Source: Nannocystis bainbridge (GTDB lineage: Bacteria; Myxococcota_A; Polyangia; Nannocystales; Nannocystaceae). Taken from it: a stretch of DNA of 64,000 bases. Positions 52,533-63,566 of the stretch are shown piece by piece. Under the pieces are notes generated by a model. That model did not search any database. It saw only the letters and a program-made list of their open reading frames with translations, and was not told where the DNA came from. The stretch lies in contig NZ_JAQNDL010000003.1 in NCBI RefSeq assembly GCF_028368995.1, positions 704,001 to 768,000 on the forward strand. The letters are read 5' to 3'. Each line of letters opens with the position of its first letter. Position 1 is the stretch's first letter. A program made the translations under genes and the position numbers.

Positions 52533-53003
52533 TCAGTTCAGGTGATAGCGGGTTCCCCTGGCTTTTCCGGACCAGGTGAGCTCCCCGGCCTCGATGAGGC
52601 GGTTGAGACCTGCGCGGACCTGCATGTTGGAACCACCGATGCGCTCTTGAACTTGTGAGGCACTCACGGGGCCTCCGATCGCCGTCACGACCTCGAGAAG
52701 CCGCTTGTCGAATGCTTCGCGGCCGGCATGCGTTCGCGTATTGACGTCCGCCCCATCGACCGCTTTCGTCGGGCCAGACTTGGCCGAGGCAGCCTTGCCC
52801 CCCGGAGCATCTCGGACGGGGGCGTGTGCGCCATGATGCCCTTGCAAGTCAGAGAGGGTGATCGAGCGCAGCAGTGAGCCGAGCTCTCCGCGCGCCAACT
52901 GCTGCAGCTCCACGAGGGTTAGCTGGGGGTGCTGAAGCAGGAGCTCGATCAGGAGCTCACGCTTGCGGTCTTCCATTGCGGCCACGAGATCGAACTTGGA
53001 CAC
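52533..53003 (-). CDS. Small putative DNA-binding protein (helical N terminus, Ala/Lys linker, C-terminal winged helix)
   Basis: 'GPVSASQVQERIGGSNMQVRAGLNRLIEAGELTWSGKARGTRYHL' is a wHTH-like pattern. Confidence 0.6.
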   Translation of the reverse strand: MSKFDLVAAMEDRKRELLIELLLQHPQLTLVELQQLARGELGSLLRSITLSDLQGHHGAHAPVRDAPGGKAASAKSGPTKAVDGADVNTRTHAGREAFDKRLLEVVTAIGGPVSASQVQERIGGSNMQVRAGLNRLIEAGELTWSGKARGTRYHLN

Positions 53004-53430
53004 GGCCGCGACAGTAGCACGCTTGCGTAGGTGTCTGTACGCTCGTTCCGTCGTCGCTCCCGACCGAGCCCCGCCGAGCGCGAGTCGCGGCCGCGGGTAT
53101 CGAACGGGCCGAGTGTGTCGTGCTCCCTGTCACTGGCCTCAGTCGCACCCCGGCGCTGTCGCTATACGAGCAGCGACTCGCACCGCGCGGTCGTCGAAAG
53201 CGCAAGACCGTCCCGACACGACCGACGAGCGAACGGCTGCAAGAGCCGGCCGGGAGGTCGTGGCGCTCGCGCAAAGGTGGTCCAATTCTACGGCCCTCTC
53301 CATGCCGAGCCGTACCGACGAAGCGCCGACGCACGCCGTCTCGACCGGCGCGGGCGACCGCCACGCGCGCCCCTTGCAGGCGCGACGGGCGCGACGGGCC
53401 GAGGCACGCGTGGGGGTCGAGGCCGACCCC

Positions 53431-55983
53431 ATGCGGGCCATGACTGCGGCGCTGTCCGAAGCCTTTGCGCAGCTCCGCAGCTCCGAGCGCGGTCTGACCG
53501 ACCGCGAGGTGCGAGACCGCCTCGCGGCGCTCGGGCTCAACGAGGTCGTGCCTCCCCAGCGCGCCAACCTGGTGCGCGACGTCCTGGCCCGCTTCACCAA
53601 CCCGTTGATCGCCATCCTCGCGTTCGCCAGCCTCGTCTCGCTGTCGCTCGGGGACCTCGTCAACGCGAGCATCATCCTCGTGATGATCGCCCTGAGCATC
53701 GCGCTCGAGACGTTTCAGACCCGCCGTTCGCAGGCCGCGGCCGAGCGGTTGCGGGGTCGCGTCGCGCCCGAGGCCACCGCCCTGCGAGACGGGCACTTCA
53801 TCAGGGTCCCGCAGCGCGAGCTGGTGCCGGGCGACGTCGTGCGCCTGGCCGCCGGCGCCCTCGTCCCGGCCGATTGTCGCCTCGTCACCGCCAGGGACTT
53901 GCACGTGCAACAGGCCGCCCTGACCGGCGAGCCCCTGCCCGCCGAAAAGGAGGCCACCGCGGACCCGGCCGGCGATGTCCGCGATCCGGCCGGGATGGCC
54001 CACGCCGTCTTCCTCGGCACCTCGGTCGTCAGCGGTGTCGCCACGGCGCTGGTGGTCGCCACCGGCGCGCGCACTCAATTCGGCGACATCGCCCGCGCGC
54101 TCGCCCGCCGGGGCCCGCGAACCGAGTTCGAGGTCGGCATGTTCGACTTCGGCGCCTTCATCCTGAAGACGGTCGTCTTCCTGGTGCTGTTCGTGTTCGT
54201 GATCGCGGCGGCGGGCCACCGCCCCGTGCTCGAGGCGCTGCTGTTCGCGCTCGCGCTCGCCGTCGGGCTCACGCCTGAGTTCCTGCCGATGATCACGACA
54301 GTCACGCTCGGAGAGGGCGCGCTGCGAATGGCGAAGCAGCGGGTCATCGTCAAGAACCTGGCGGCGATCCAGAACCTCGGCAGCATCGACGTGCTGTGCT
54401 GCGACAAGACCGGCACCCTCACGGAGGGGCGGATGACCCTCGAGCGCCACGTCGATCCGTTCGGGGCCGCGGACGAGCGCCCGCTCCGGCTCGCCAGCAT
54501 CAACAGCTTCTTCGAGAGCGGCATCGACTACGGCTTCGACGACGCGGTGCTCGACCGCGCTGGCATCGATCCGCTCGACGCCGCCGTGCTGCGCCACGAG
54601 CACCCCGATCTGCGGGGATGGCGAAAGCTCGACGAGCTCCCCTTCGACTTCGAACGCCGCCGCATCAGCATCCTCGCCGAGAAGGACGGCGCGAGCCTCC
54701 TCGTCACCAAAGGCGCGCCGGAGGGCTTGCTGGCGCAGGCGACCTCCTGCGAGACGGGCGGCGCTCGGCGGCCCCTCGACGCCGAGCTGCGCGCGCGCTG
54801 CGAGGCGACGTTCCGGGAGCTCTCCACCCACGGTTACCGCGTGCTCGCCGTGGCCTACAAAGAGATCAGCGCCGTCGCGCCGCTGCGCGCGGGCGACGAG
54901 GCCGGCCTCACCCTCGCCGGCTTCCTCGCCTTTGTCGACGCGCCGCTCCTCGGCGCGGCTCGAGTGCTCGCGGCGCTCGCCGCCGAGGGTGTGCGGGTCA
55001 AGATCGTCAGCGGCGACAACGAGCTCGTCGTGCGTCACATCGCCGATCGCGTCGGCATCGATCCGGGCCAGCTCCTCCTCGGCGCCGAGGTCGACCGCCT
55101 CGGCGACGCCGCGCTCGGCAAGGTCGCCGAGGAGACCCGCCTCTTCGCCCGGGTCTCGCCCGCGCACAAGAGCCGCATCATCCGCGCGCTCCGGGCCCGC
55201 GGCCACGTCGTCGGCTACCTCGGCGACGGCATCAATGACGCCCCCTCCCTCCACGGCGCCGATGTCGGGATCTCCGTCGCCGGCGCCGTGGACGTGGCCC
55301 GCGACGCCGCCGAAGTCATCCTGCTCGAGCGCGACCTCGGGGTCCTCCTCGCCGGCATCCTTGAGGGTCGGCGCGCCTTCGGCAACGTCATGAAGTACGT
55401 CCTGATGGGGACGAGCTCCAACTTCGGCAACATGGTCAGCATGGCCGGGGCCTTCGTCATCCTGCCGTTCTTGCCGATGCTCCCGACCCAGATCTTGCTC
55501 AACAACTTCCTTTACGACCTGGCGCAGATCACGATCCCGACCGACAACGTCGACCCTGGCTTCCTCAAGAAGCCGCGGCGGTGGGACATCGGCCTGATCC
55601 GTCGCTTCATGGTCGTCCTCGGCCCGGTCAGTTCGCTCTACGACATCCTCACGTTCTACGCGCTCCTCCACCTGTTCCATGCGTCGCCCGCGCTGTTCCA
55701 CACCGGGTGGTTCGTCGAGTCCCTGGTCACGCAGACGCTGGTGTTGTTCGTCATTCGTACCGCCGCGCGCCCGTGGGACAGCCGGCCGAGCCGGCCGCTC
55801 GTGCTCACCGCGCTGGCCGTCGTAATCACCGCGCTCGTGCTGCCCTGGACGCCGCTCGCCACCCCGCTCGGGTTCGTCGCGCTACCGCCGGGGTTCTTCC
55901 TGTTCCTCGTCGTCGTCGCCGTCACCTATCTGGCGTTCGTCGAGGGCGTCAAGCGCCGGCTGTTCGCTCGGTTCCTCGAGTAG
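53431..55983 (+). CDS. mgtA: Magnesium-translocating P-type ATPase (start uncertain)
   Basis: LTGE, AVGLTPEFLPMI, DKTGTLT, PFDFERRR, GDGINDAPSL, SSNFGN, ILLNNFLYD and FHTGWFVES..TQTL are MgtA/B-type motifs. Confidence 0.9.
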   Translation: MRAMTAALSEAFAQLRSSERGLTDREVRDRLAALGLNEVVPPQRANLVRDVLARFTNPLIAILAFASLVSLSLGDLVNASIILVMIALSIALETFQTRRSQAAAERLRGRVAPEATALRDGHFIRVPQRELVPGDVVRLAAGALVPADCRLVTARDLHVQQAALTGEPLPAEKEATADPAGDVRDPAGMAHAVFLGTSVVSGVATALVVATGARTQFGDIARALARRGPRTEFEVGMFDFGAFILKTVVFLVLFVFVIAAAGHRPVLEALLFALALAVGLTPEFLPMITTVTLGEGALRMAKQRVIVKNLAAIQNLGSIDVLCCDKTGTLTEGRMTLERHVDPFGAADERPLRLASINSFFESGIDYGFDDAVLDRAGIDPLDAAVLRHEHPDLRGWRKLDELPFDFERRRISILAEKDGASLLVTKGAPEGLLAQATSCETGGARRPLDAELRARCEATFRELSTHGYRVLAVAYKEISAVAPLRAGDEAGLTLAGFLAFVDAPLLGAARVLAALAAEGVRVKIVSGDNELVVRHIADRVGIDPGQLLLGAEVDRLGDAALGKVAEETRLFARVSPAHKSRIIRALRARGHVVGYLGDGINDAPSLHGADVGISVAGAVDVARDAAEVILLERDLGVLLAGILEGRRAFGNVMKYVLMGTSSNFGNMVSMAGAFVILPFLPMLPTQILLNNFLYDLAQITIPTDNVDPGFLKKPRRWDIGLIRRFMVVLGPVSSLYDILTFYALLHLFHASPALFHTGWFVESLVTQTLVLFVIRTAARPWDSRPSRPLVLTALAVVITALVLPWTPLATPLGFVALPPGFFLFLVVVAVTYLAFVEGVKRRLFARFLE

Positions 55984-56148
55984 CGGCAGCACACGGCGCA
56001 TTGTGTCGTGGCCGGCAGCCGAGCGCACGGCATGCGGACGCCGCGCAGCTCGATACGGACGGCGGGGAGGATTCCCACGCGGCGCCGCCGCTCCCGAGAC
56101 AATGGCTTCTCGCGCTCGGGCGCGGCATAGCTGTCGCGTCGGGCGCAG

Positions 56149-58809
56149 TTGATGCTCCAAACGAACTTCGATCTCACCACAGGCCTCGGCTCGGCGGAGG
56201 CGGCGCTTCGATTGGCGCGCGACGGAGCGAATGAGCTGTCGAGCCACGCTCAGCGGACGTTGCTGAGCGACGCGCTGGCGCTCGTGCGCGAACCGATGTC
56301 GCTGCTGCTCGTCGCGTGCGGGGCGATCTATCTCGTCCTCGGCGACGTCCACGAATCCATCATGTTGCTGGCGTTCGTGCTCTTCATCATGGGCATCACG
56401 CTCGTGCAAGAGCGGAAGACGGAGCGCGCGCTCGCGGCCCTGCGCGACATGACGAGCCCGCGCGCGCTCGTGATCCGCGACGGACGGCGCGTCCGGATCC
56501 CCGGAAGAGAGGTCGTGTCGGGCGACCTCCTCGTGCTCTCCGAGGGCGATCGAGTGCCGGCCGACGTGGCCGTGCTCGATAGCAGTCATCTCACCGTCGA
56601 CGAGTCGCTGCTGACGGGCGAGTCCGTCGCGGTGCGCAAGACGGCGTGGGACGGCGCGGCAGCGGTCTCTCGGCCAGGTGGCGAGGATCTGTCGTTCGCG
56701 TTCGCGGGCACGCTCGTGGTCGAAGGGACAGCCGTCGCCCGGGTCCACACCATCGGCGCGGCCACCGAGATCGGGCGCATCGGCGCGGCGCTCGAGCGGT
56801 CCGTGCCCGAGCAGACGACGCTCCAGCGAGAGACTCGGCGATTGGTCCGCCGCCTGGCATGGGTCGGAGGGGCGCTCTCGTTGCTCGTGGTGGTCGTCCA
56901 CGGCGTCGCGCGTTCGAGCTGGCTCGAGGGCCTGCTGGCCGGGATCACCCTCGCCATGGCGATCCTCCCGAACGAGTTCCCGGTCGTGGTCACCATCTTC
57001 CTCGCCCTCGGCGCGCAGCGCCTGGCCAAGCGCCGCGTCCTCACGCGCCGGATCCCCGCCATCGAAGCCATCGGCTCGGCGACGGTGCTGTGCGTCGACA
57101 AGACCGGGACGCTGACCGAAAATCGCATGGCCGTGCAGACGATCGCGGCCGACGGCGAATCTTTCGACGCTCGTCGCCTCGAACACGAGCCGCTGCCGGA
57201 GGCCTTTCACGAGGCGGTCGAGTACAGCATCCTGGCCAGTCGCCAAGACCCGTTCGACCCGATGGAGCGCGCGTTCAAGGAGCTCGGCGAGCAACGCTTG
57301 GCGGGCACGGAGCACCTTCACCCCGACTGGACCCTGGTGCGCGAGTATCCGCTGTCGCGCGAGCTGCTCGCCGTGACGCAGGTGTGGCGCGCGCCGGGCG
57401 AGGCCGCGCTCGTCGTCGCCACCAAGGGCGCCCCCGAAGCCGTCGCCGACCTGTGTCACCTCGACGAGCAGGCCCGGACGCGGCTGCGCGGGCAGGTCGA
57501 GCGCCTCGGCGCGGACGGCCTGCGCGTGCTGGCCGTCGCGCGTGGCCGCGTCCGCGACGCCCCACCGGCGATCGCACACGACATGGACTACGAGTTCGTC
57601 GGCCTCGTGGGCCTCGCCGATCCCGTGCGCAAGCACGTCCCGAGGACCGTCGCCGAATGTCATGCCGCAGGGATCCGCGTGGTCATGATCACCGGCGACT
57701 ATCCGGCCACGGCCGCGGCCATCGCCGGCCAGATCGGGCTCGACGCCGCCGGCGCGGTCGTCACCGGGACCGAAGTCGCGTCGATGACGGACGCCGAGCT
57801 GCAGGCATGCGTAGGCGACACCGCCGTGTTCGCGCGTGTCCTCCCCGAGCAAAAGTTGCGGATCGTCGAGGCATTGCGGACCGCCGGGGAGATCGTCGCC
57901 ATGACCGGGGACGGCGTGAACGATGCCCCGGCGCTGAAGGCCGCCGACATCGGTGTCGCCATGGGCGGGCGCGGCACCGACGTGGCGCGCGAGGCGGCCA
58001 CTCTCGTGCTGCTCGACGACGACTTCGCTTCGCTGGTGGACAGCGTCCGCTCGGGACGCCGTATCATCGACAACCTTCGCAAGGCGCTCGCGTACATCCT
58101 CGCGGTGCATGTGCCGATCGTCGGTCTCACCTTGATCCCCATTTTTTTGGGATGGCCGCTCGTGTTGCTGCCGATCCACATCGCGTTCCTGCACCTCGTG
58201 ATCGACCCGGCTTGCTCCGTCGTCTTCGAGGCCGAGCCGGAGGAGGCCGATGTGATGCTCCGTCCGCCGCGGGACCCGCGGGCGCCGCTCTTCGATCGCC
58301 GCTCCATCGCCCTGAGCCTGGTTCAGGGCGCGCTCGTGATGCTCGTCGTCGTCGCGGTCTACGGTCTCGCGTTGAGTCGTGGGCGCGGAGAAGCCGACGC
58401 CAGGGGGTTGACGTTCACAACCTTCATGGTGGCCAACCTGGGCCTCATCTTCACCAATCGCACGTGGTCTCGGGTACGGACCGCGATCAGGGGCCGAAAT
58501 GCTGCGCTCTGGTGGGTGACCGGCGGCGCGGTCGTCTTCCTCGCGCTCGTCCTCTACGTGCCGGGCCTGCGGGAGCTGTTCCGGTTCGCCCCCCTGCGAC
58601 CGCGCGACATTCTGTTCTGCATCGGCGCGGGCGTCCTGAGCGTGTCGTGGTTCGAAGCCTTCAAGGCCATCCGGCCGCGTGAGAGGCACGGGATCGCTGC
58701 GGTCGCACCCGTTGAACGACGGGCTCTCGCGAGCGAAACCTTGCTCCGCGGGGAGGCAGCCCCGACAGAACGACCCTCCGCTGGCGTGGTCCGAAAAGCC
58801 AGCCCATGA
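56149..58809 (+). CDS. Cation-translocating P-type ATPase (type II, CtpF/Ca2+-like)
   Basis: DESLLTGES, PNEFP, DKTGTLT, KGAPE, MITGD and TGDGVNDAPALK. Confidence 0.92.
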   Translation: MMLQTNFDLTTGLGSAEAALRLARDGANELSSHAQRTLLSDALALVREPMSLLLVACGAIYLVLGDVHESIMLLAFVLFIMGITLVQERKTERALAALRDMTSPRALVIRDGRRVRIPGREVVSGDLLVLSEGDRVPADVAVLDSSHLTVDESLLTGESVAVRKTAWDGAAAVSRPGGEDLSFAFAGTLVVEGTAVARVHTIGAATEIGRIGAALERSVPEQTTLQRETRRLVRRLAWVGGALSLLVVVVHGVARSSWLEGLLAGITLAMAILPNEFPVVVTIFLALGAQRLAKRRVLTRRIPAIEAIGSATVLCVDKTGTLTENRMAVQTIAADGESFDARRLEHEPLPEAFHEAVEYSILASRQDPFDPMERAFKELGEQRLAGTEHLHPDWTLVREYPLSRELLAVTQVWRAPGEAALVVATKGAPEAVADLCHLDEQARTRLRGQVERLGADGLRVLAVARGRVRDAPPAIAHDMDYEFVGLVGLADPVRKHVPRTVAECHAAGIRVVMITGDYPATAAAIAGQIGLDAAGAVVTGTEVASMTDAELQACVGDTAVFARVLPEQKLRIVEALRTAGEIVAMTGDGVNDAPALKAADIGVAMGGRGTDVAREAATLVLLDDDFASLVDSVRSGRRIIDNLRKALAYILAVHVPIVGLTLIPIFLGWPLVLLPIHIAFLHLVIDPACSVVFEAEPEEADVMLRPPRDPRAPLFDRRSIALSLVQGALVMLVVVAVYGLALSRGRGEADARGLTFTTFMVANLGLIFTNRTWSRVRTAIRGRNAALWWVTGGAVVFLALVLYVPGLRELFRFAPLRPRDILFCIGAGVLSVSWFEAFKAIRPRERHGIAAVAPVERRALASETLLRGEAAPTERPSAGVVRKASP

Positions 58810-59189
58810 AATCCCGCATGCTCCGAAACCCTCACTCTCTGGCGCTCCAGCTCTTCGGAATCGCTCACCAGATCGCCGGTGCGATCGCCGAGGGCAGCAT
58901 CGACGACCAAAGCTTCTTTCCGGGTCGGCTGACTCGCAGTCAACTGGCCGAGGGGCTAGCCAGCCATCTGCTCACGGTTCGCCCGATTCCAGGGGAGGCG
59001 ATCATCTACATGCAGGTCGAGAGCCGCCCGAACGCGGAAGCGTGGCGCGTCAAGCTGCCGTTCTGGACGGTGGAGGAAGGCGGTCGCAGCGACCTGTGCC
59101 TGTGTTTGCACATCCGTCGCCAAGGCGCGGAGCTGGTCGGTCAGATCGAGGACGTTCATCCCTCCACACAGTCGCTGGCGACCGCGTAA
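58806..59189 (+). CDS. Hypothetical protein (127 aa)
   Basis: ATGA overlap with the ATPase stop and a globular-looking sequence. Confidence 0.55.
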   Translation: MKSRMLRNPHSLALQLFGIAHQIAGAIAEGSIDDQSFFPGRLTRSQLAEGLASHLLTVRPIPGEAIIYMQVESRPNAEAWRVKLPFWTVEEGGRSDLCLCLHIRRQGAELVGQIEDVHPSTQSLATA

Positions 59190-59341
59190 CCGCGAGAGTG
59201 GAGCGAACCGCGACACCAACGCCTCGATCGCCGATCGGACCCGGACGGGCGGCCACGCCCCGCGCGCCCATGACGCCCGGCCCACCAGGCCCGATCACCT
59301 CGTGGAGCGCGCCGTTTGAGCTCTCGGCCCAGCACCGACGC

Positions 59342-61618
59342 TCAGGCCAATGTGCGACGGGCGGCATCGAGCAACAGCCGGCGCTCGGCGCTCGCCATTA
59401 CGTGGCGGGAGGCATCGACGGCGTCGACATTGACCGAGATGGAGGTGATCCCGAGCCGCACGAGGGTCTCGGCGAACTCGGGGCGATTCGAGGGCGCCTG
59501 CCCGCAGAGGGATGTCGTGAGGCCGTGAGCCTTCGCGGCGTGGATGATGCGGGCAATCGCGTCGACGACCGCCTCGTCGGCCTCATCGAACAGCTCGGCG
59601 CAGATCTGCGAATCGCGGTCGACACCCAGCATGAGCTGCGTCAGATCGTTCGAGCCGATCGAGACGCCGTGGATCCCCAGCTTGGCGTAATGAGGGATCC
59701 AATACGCCACCGAGGGGACCTCGGCCATGATCCAGCGCAGCAGCCCTCTGTCCCGCCCGAGCGGGCTCGCGTCGACCCGCTCGAGGCAGCGCTGGAGCTC
59801 CCAGCGTGTGCGGACGAAAGGGATCATGAGATGAATGTTAGGGGTCTGTTCGCGCACTTGTGCGAGCGTCTCGAGCTCTAGGTCGAACAGCGCCGGATCC
59901 TTGACGTAGCGGAAACACCCCCGGTAGCCGATCATCGGGTTGTCCTCGCGGGGCTCGTGGTGCTCGCCGCCCGAGAGGTTGCGGAACTCGTTGGTACGGA
60001 AGTCGTACGTCCGATAGACCACCGGGCGCGGCATGAACGCGCGGGTGATCCGCAGCAGGTGCTCTCGCATAGCCTCGATGAACTTTCGACCGCCGCCCTG
60101 CGCGACGATCTCTTGGGGGTGTCGGCCGCCGAGCGTGTCGAGGATCATGAACTCGGCGCGCAGAAGGCCGACCCCGTCGACCGGCAGCGCAGCTGCCTCC
60201 GCGGCGCGATCGGCCATGGCGAGGTTTACGTAGAGGCGCGTGGACAGGGTCGTCGAGACTGCCTGGGCCGCTGCGCGGGCTTCGGTCGGCGGAGCCGTCG
60301 CTCCAGACGGTGCGGCGCCGGCGTAAACCTTGCCCTGGCGGCCGTCCACCGTGACGAGCTCCCCGTCGCGCAGCACGCGAGTCGCCTCGCGTGCGCCGAC
60401 GATGCAGGGGATCCGCAGCTCGCGGCTGACGATCGCCGCGTGGCAAGTCATGCCGCCCGAGTCGGTGACGATCGCCGCGGCGCGGCGCATCGTCGGCACC
60501 CAGTCGGGCGAGGTCATGGGCGCGACCAACACCTCCCGAGGCTGCAGACGCTCCGCCTCGGCGAGGCTCATCAACACACGCACATTCCCAGCGGCGACGC
60601 CGGGCGAGGCGCCGAGTCCGGCGATCAACGCTGGGCCCGCCGTGGCATCTGCCGGGCCCTCTGCGGCAGGTGTAAGCGTCGTGATCGGGCGCGCCTGCAC
60701 CAACGAAAACGCGCCCCCGGCCTCCGCCCATTCGATGTCCTGCGGCGCGCCGTAATGCCGCTCGACGCGCTGGCCGAGCCTGGCGAGCTCGATCAACGCG
60801 CCGTCGTCCAGGACTCGGCGCCCTGCCTCCTGAGCTGCGAGGACGATCTTCTGCTCGCGGCCGTCCGCGTCGCGAACGATCTTGAAGGCCTTTCGACCGA
60901 TACGGACCGAACGCACCCTCGGGCCCTCCTTGTCGAGGACGTACGTGTCCACTTCGACCTGGCCGCCGACGACGACCTCCCCGAGCCCGAACGCGGCCTC
61001 GATCACGAGCGTGTCCCGATCGCCCGTCGAGGGATCGGCGGTGAAGAGCACGCCCGAGCGCTCGGCGGGGACCATCGCCTGCACGACGACGGCGAGGGAC
61101 GGCTCCTCGGTCATCGCCGCGGCCTTGCGGTAGCTGAGCACGCGCGGCCCGTAGGCGGATTTCCAGCACGCGAGGACCTGCTCGATCAGGGCTTCTTCGC
61201 CGACGACATTGGTGAAACTCTCGTGCATGCCAGCAAAGGAGGTCGTGGCGGTGTCCTCACTCGGCGCCGACGATCGAACCGCGACGGCTGTTCCTGGCCC
61301 GAGCTGCGCGTACGCGGTCGTGAGCGCCGCCCGGACGTCGCGCGGCACGCCAGCGCTCTCGACGAGCGCCTGCATCTTCGTGGACGCGGACGCGAGCGCC
61401 TGAGGGTCGCTCTCGTCCAATTCTGCGAACAGGCTGCGCAGCTCCCCGCGCACACCAGCGGCGTCAAGCGCTGCGAGAAACGCCGCCGTGGTGACGACGA
61501 AGCCATCGGGAACGGGCATTCCGTTGCGCGCCATCTCTCCGAGGTTGGCGCCTTTGCCCCCCGCAAGAGGCAGGTCCGTGCGAGAGAGATCCTTGAACCA
61601 AACGATGGACTCGGTCAT
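59342..61618 (-). CDS. ppsA: Phosphoenolpyruvate synthase (pyruvate, water dikinase)
   Basis: [19 protein letters not shown]…[24 protein letters not shown] (phospho-His), [27 protein letters not shown] and CGQAPS. Confidence 0.95.
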   Translation of the reverse strand: MTESIVWFKDLSRTDLPLAGGKGANLGEMARNGMPVPDGFVVTTAAFLAALDAAGVRGELRSLFAELDESDPQALASASTKMQALVESAGVPRDVRAALTTAYAQLGPGTAVAVRSSAPSEDTATTSFAGMHESFTNVVGEEALIEQVLACWKSAYGPRVLSYRKAAAMTEEPSLAVVVQAMVPAERSGVLFTADPSTGDRDTLVIEAAFGLGEVVVGGQVEVDTYVLDKEGPRVRSVRIGRKAFKIVRDADGREQKIVLAAQEAGRRVLDDGALIELARLGQRVERHYGAPQDIEWAEAGGAFSLVQARPITTLTPAAEGPADATAGPALIAGLGASPGVAAGNVRVLMSLAEAERLQPREVLVAPMTSPDWVPTMRRAAAIVTDSGGMTCHAAIVSRELRIPCIVGAREATRVLRDGELVTVDGRQGKVYAGAAPSGATAPPTEARAAAQAVSTTLSTRLYVNLAMADRAAEAAALPVDGVGLLRAEFMILDTLGGRHPQEIVAQGGGRKFIEAMREHLLRITRAFMPRPVVYRTYDFRTNEFRNLSGGEHHEPREDNPMIGYRGCFRYVKDPALFDLELETLAQVREQTPNIHLMIPFVRTRWELQRCLERVDASPLGRDRGLLRWIMAEVPSVAYWIPHYAKLGIHGVSIGSNDLTQLMLGVDRDSQICAELFDEADEAVVDAIARIIHAAKAHGLTTSLCGQAPSNRPEFAETLVRLGITSISVNVDAVDASRHVMASAERRLLLDAARRTLA

Positions 61619-62026
61619 ATCCACTCCGGCCGGCGAACGACGGCATGCGGTGCATTCGCGCCGCATGCGGACAGTCTGAATTCCTCTCGAGATCGGCGCG
61701 ACGGATGAGCGGTAGACCCCGCTTTGTCGCGGCTATCCCGTCGGCGTACCAGACCAGGGTGGCACGAGGTTCGCCCTGGCGCCATGACGGAGGGGTTGGC
61801 CACCCCGGCCGGCGGTCGACCGTTATGCTCGCCCGCCAGTTCAGTCGAGTTCGACGAGGCCCCGTGAATCTGGCGAGCGCAAGATGTGGCTCCGGGGAAT
61901 CCATGAAGCAGCCGAATCATGACAGGCGGATGACCTGGGCTGGCAGTCGACTCGTCCGGCGGTCAGTCCGAACGTAGCCGACAGGGGTCGGGCTCTTCCC
62001 CGACGCGCAGCCCACGCCCTGAAAGG

Positions 62027-62506
62027 ATGTTCCCTTGCCACCAGCCCCCGCTTTCACCGACCCTCGTGTTGGTGTTTCAGCACACAACCGCGTCGCTCGC
62101 AGAGTGCGCCGGCTGCCTCCCGACCACGATCCTCGAATGGCGGCGCCTCGGCCTCTTCGCGGGGATCGAGACGAGCCGGACCAGCGCCGGCAAGAGCAAG
62201 GGAGTCCAACTGCTCTGGCACACCGACGCGCTGGAGCGGGTCAAGGAGATCGTGGCGCTCAAGGCGCAGGGTTACAACACCGAGCGGCTCCAGGCCTATT
62301 TTCGTGAGCCCGAGTCCCGCAAGAAGCGGGCGAAGAAGACGGGCGGACGCGCGATGTCAGCCCCGCCGCTCAAGCCGCTGCGGACCACACGCAAGACGGC
62401 CGCCGAGCAGCCGAGGCAGAGAGTCACGCCGTCAGCCGAGACACCCAAGAAGCGCAAGACTTCGCCCGCAGCGACGAGCAAGGCGCCGAAGCGCAAGCCT
62501 CGGTAG
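62027..62506 (+). CDS. MerR-type HTH protein with a long Lys/Arg-rich tail (start may be GTG ~62072)
   Basis: 'TTASLAECAGCLPTTILEWRRLGLF…LLWHTDALERVKEIVALKAQGYNTERL' follows the MerR HTH layout. The C terminus is basic. Confidence 0.6.
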   Translation: MFPCHQPPLSPTLVLVFQHTTASLAECAGCLPTTILEWRRLGLFAGIETSRTSAGKSKGVQLLWHTDALERVKEIVALKAQGYNTERLQAYFREPESRKKRAKKTGGRAMSAPPLKPLRTTRKTAAEQPRQRVTPSAETPKKRKTSPAATSKAPKRKPR

Positions 62507-62516
62507 CTCGGCGAGT

Positions 62517-62987
62517 TCAGGCTTCCTCGGGGACAAAGCCCGAGCGGAGCCTGCGGTCGTACGCCTCGATGATGCTGCGGCGCAGTTCTTCGGCGATGCA
62601 GGCGTCTCTGTTGGCCTTCTCTTGACGCTCAGAGGAGGCAGCCGCGATGTTGTGCCGCAGCGACTCGTCGTCGCACGAGCGCGCGAAGCCTCGCGCCCGC
62701 AGCTCGACGAGGCACGCGCCCTTGTACACGGCCCGCTCCGGTGAATCCGGTAGGCCGAGGATTCGGTCGAGCTCCGCATCGCTGCAGATGTCGGCGATGC
62801 GCCGCGCGTCGCGCTCGAGGAAACACGCCTCCCGGTAGGCCCTCCCGAGCGGCGTATCGGGCGCAAAGGCGACGATGCGGTCGAGGTCTTCGTCGTCGCA
62901 TCGACAGGCGAACTCCCGTGCGCGCTGGCGCCACCATGCGGGGTTGGGGTCATCGGCCGGCTCAACGACGTCGAGGAGGAGGTTCAT
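62517..62987 (-). CDS. Hypothetical protein with an internal ~35-aa repeat
   Basis: ATGA-coupled to the upstream gene. Repeats 'C.D.(E/D)LDRI....PD.P..RA.Y..AC..E' twice plus a partial third. Confidence 0.6.
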   Translation of the reverse strand: MNLLLDVVEPADDPNPAWWRQRAREFACRCDDEDLDRIVAFAPDTPLGRAYREACFLERDARRIADICSDAELDRILGLPDSPERAVYKGACLVELRARGFARSCDDESLRHNIAAASSERQEKANRDACIAEELRRSIIEAYDRRLRSGFVPEEA

Positions 62988-63286
62988 CGACCTGGGGCCT
63001 CCCCAGCGCCGGCAGCACGAATGATCACCCGCGGGCGCTTCGCGCCTCCATCGCCCGCCGTATCGATGCCCCGCACCTCGCCCGCCACGCTCCTGTACAT
63101 GCGGCAGACGGGCCCATGCTCGCCGCCCTGGCCACCGCATTCGCATGGCGCACTGCGCCGCTCCGCGGCCTGGCGGGCCCGGTCCTCTCGTTGACGAGCA
63201 CGACAGGTCTCCGTGAGCCGGGTCGAATTGCTCGGCAGCATGTCACAGATCGCGGCGAACCGCCCGCACGCGCACAGCTCAGGCAT
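62984..63286 (-). CDS. Small Cys-rich hypothetical protein
   Basis: CxC…C and CxC…H…C clusters, overlapping both neighbours. Confidence 0.5.
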   Translation of the reverse strand: MPELCACGRFAAICDMLPSNSTRLTETCRARQREDRARQAAERRSAPCECGGQGGEHGPVCRMYRSVAGEVRGIDTAGDGGAKRPRVIIRAAGAGEAPGR

Positions 63287-63566
63287 CTGCGCACCCCTCC
63301 GCCTCGATTCGGATCGAGGCCACCGCCCGCACGGCTGCGTCCCGCTCTTCCCGCGCCAGCGCCAACGCCCTCTCGACCTCCTGCACCTGAGCCTCGAGGC
63401 GGCGCTTGTCCTCCAAGAGCTCGCCGATCTGCAGGATCAGCGACGCAGCCCAATACGTCGCAGTGCCCACCACGATGAAGAGACCTCCGAACAGCAAACG
63501 AGAGTCGCCATAGTGGACGCCGGCGACGACCAGGCATAGAGCGACGATACAAGCTTCGATCGGCAC
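63279..63566 (-). CDS. Small membrane protein with a coiled-coil tail
   Basis: GGAGGA RBS then GTG at 63566. Two hydrophobic segments followed by a heptad-like 'LLEDKRRLEAQVQEVERALALAREERDAA'. Confidence 0.55.
   Translation of the reverse strand: MPIEACIVALCLVVAGVHYGDSRLLFGGLFIVVGTATYWAASLILQIGELLEDKRRLEAQVQEVERALALAREERDAAVRAVASIRIEAEGCADA

Noticed and set aside
53010-53430. Mg2+ riboswitch or leader peptide upstream of mgtA
   Set aside because: No recognisable M-box or mgtA-leader features and no convincing Pro-rich leader ORF by eye.
54518-54595. Apparent short internal duplication in MgtA (GIDYGFDDAVLDRA / GIDPLDAAVLRH)
   Set aside because: In frame, in a variable loop and only loosely similar. 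It cannot be distinguished from normal family variation.
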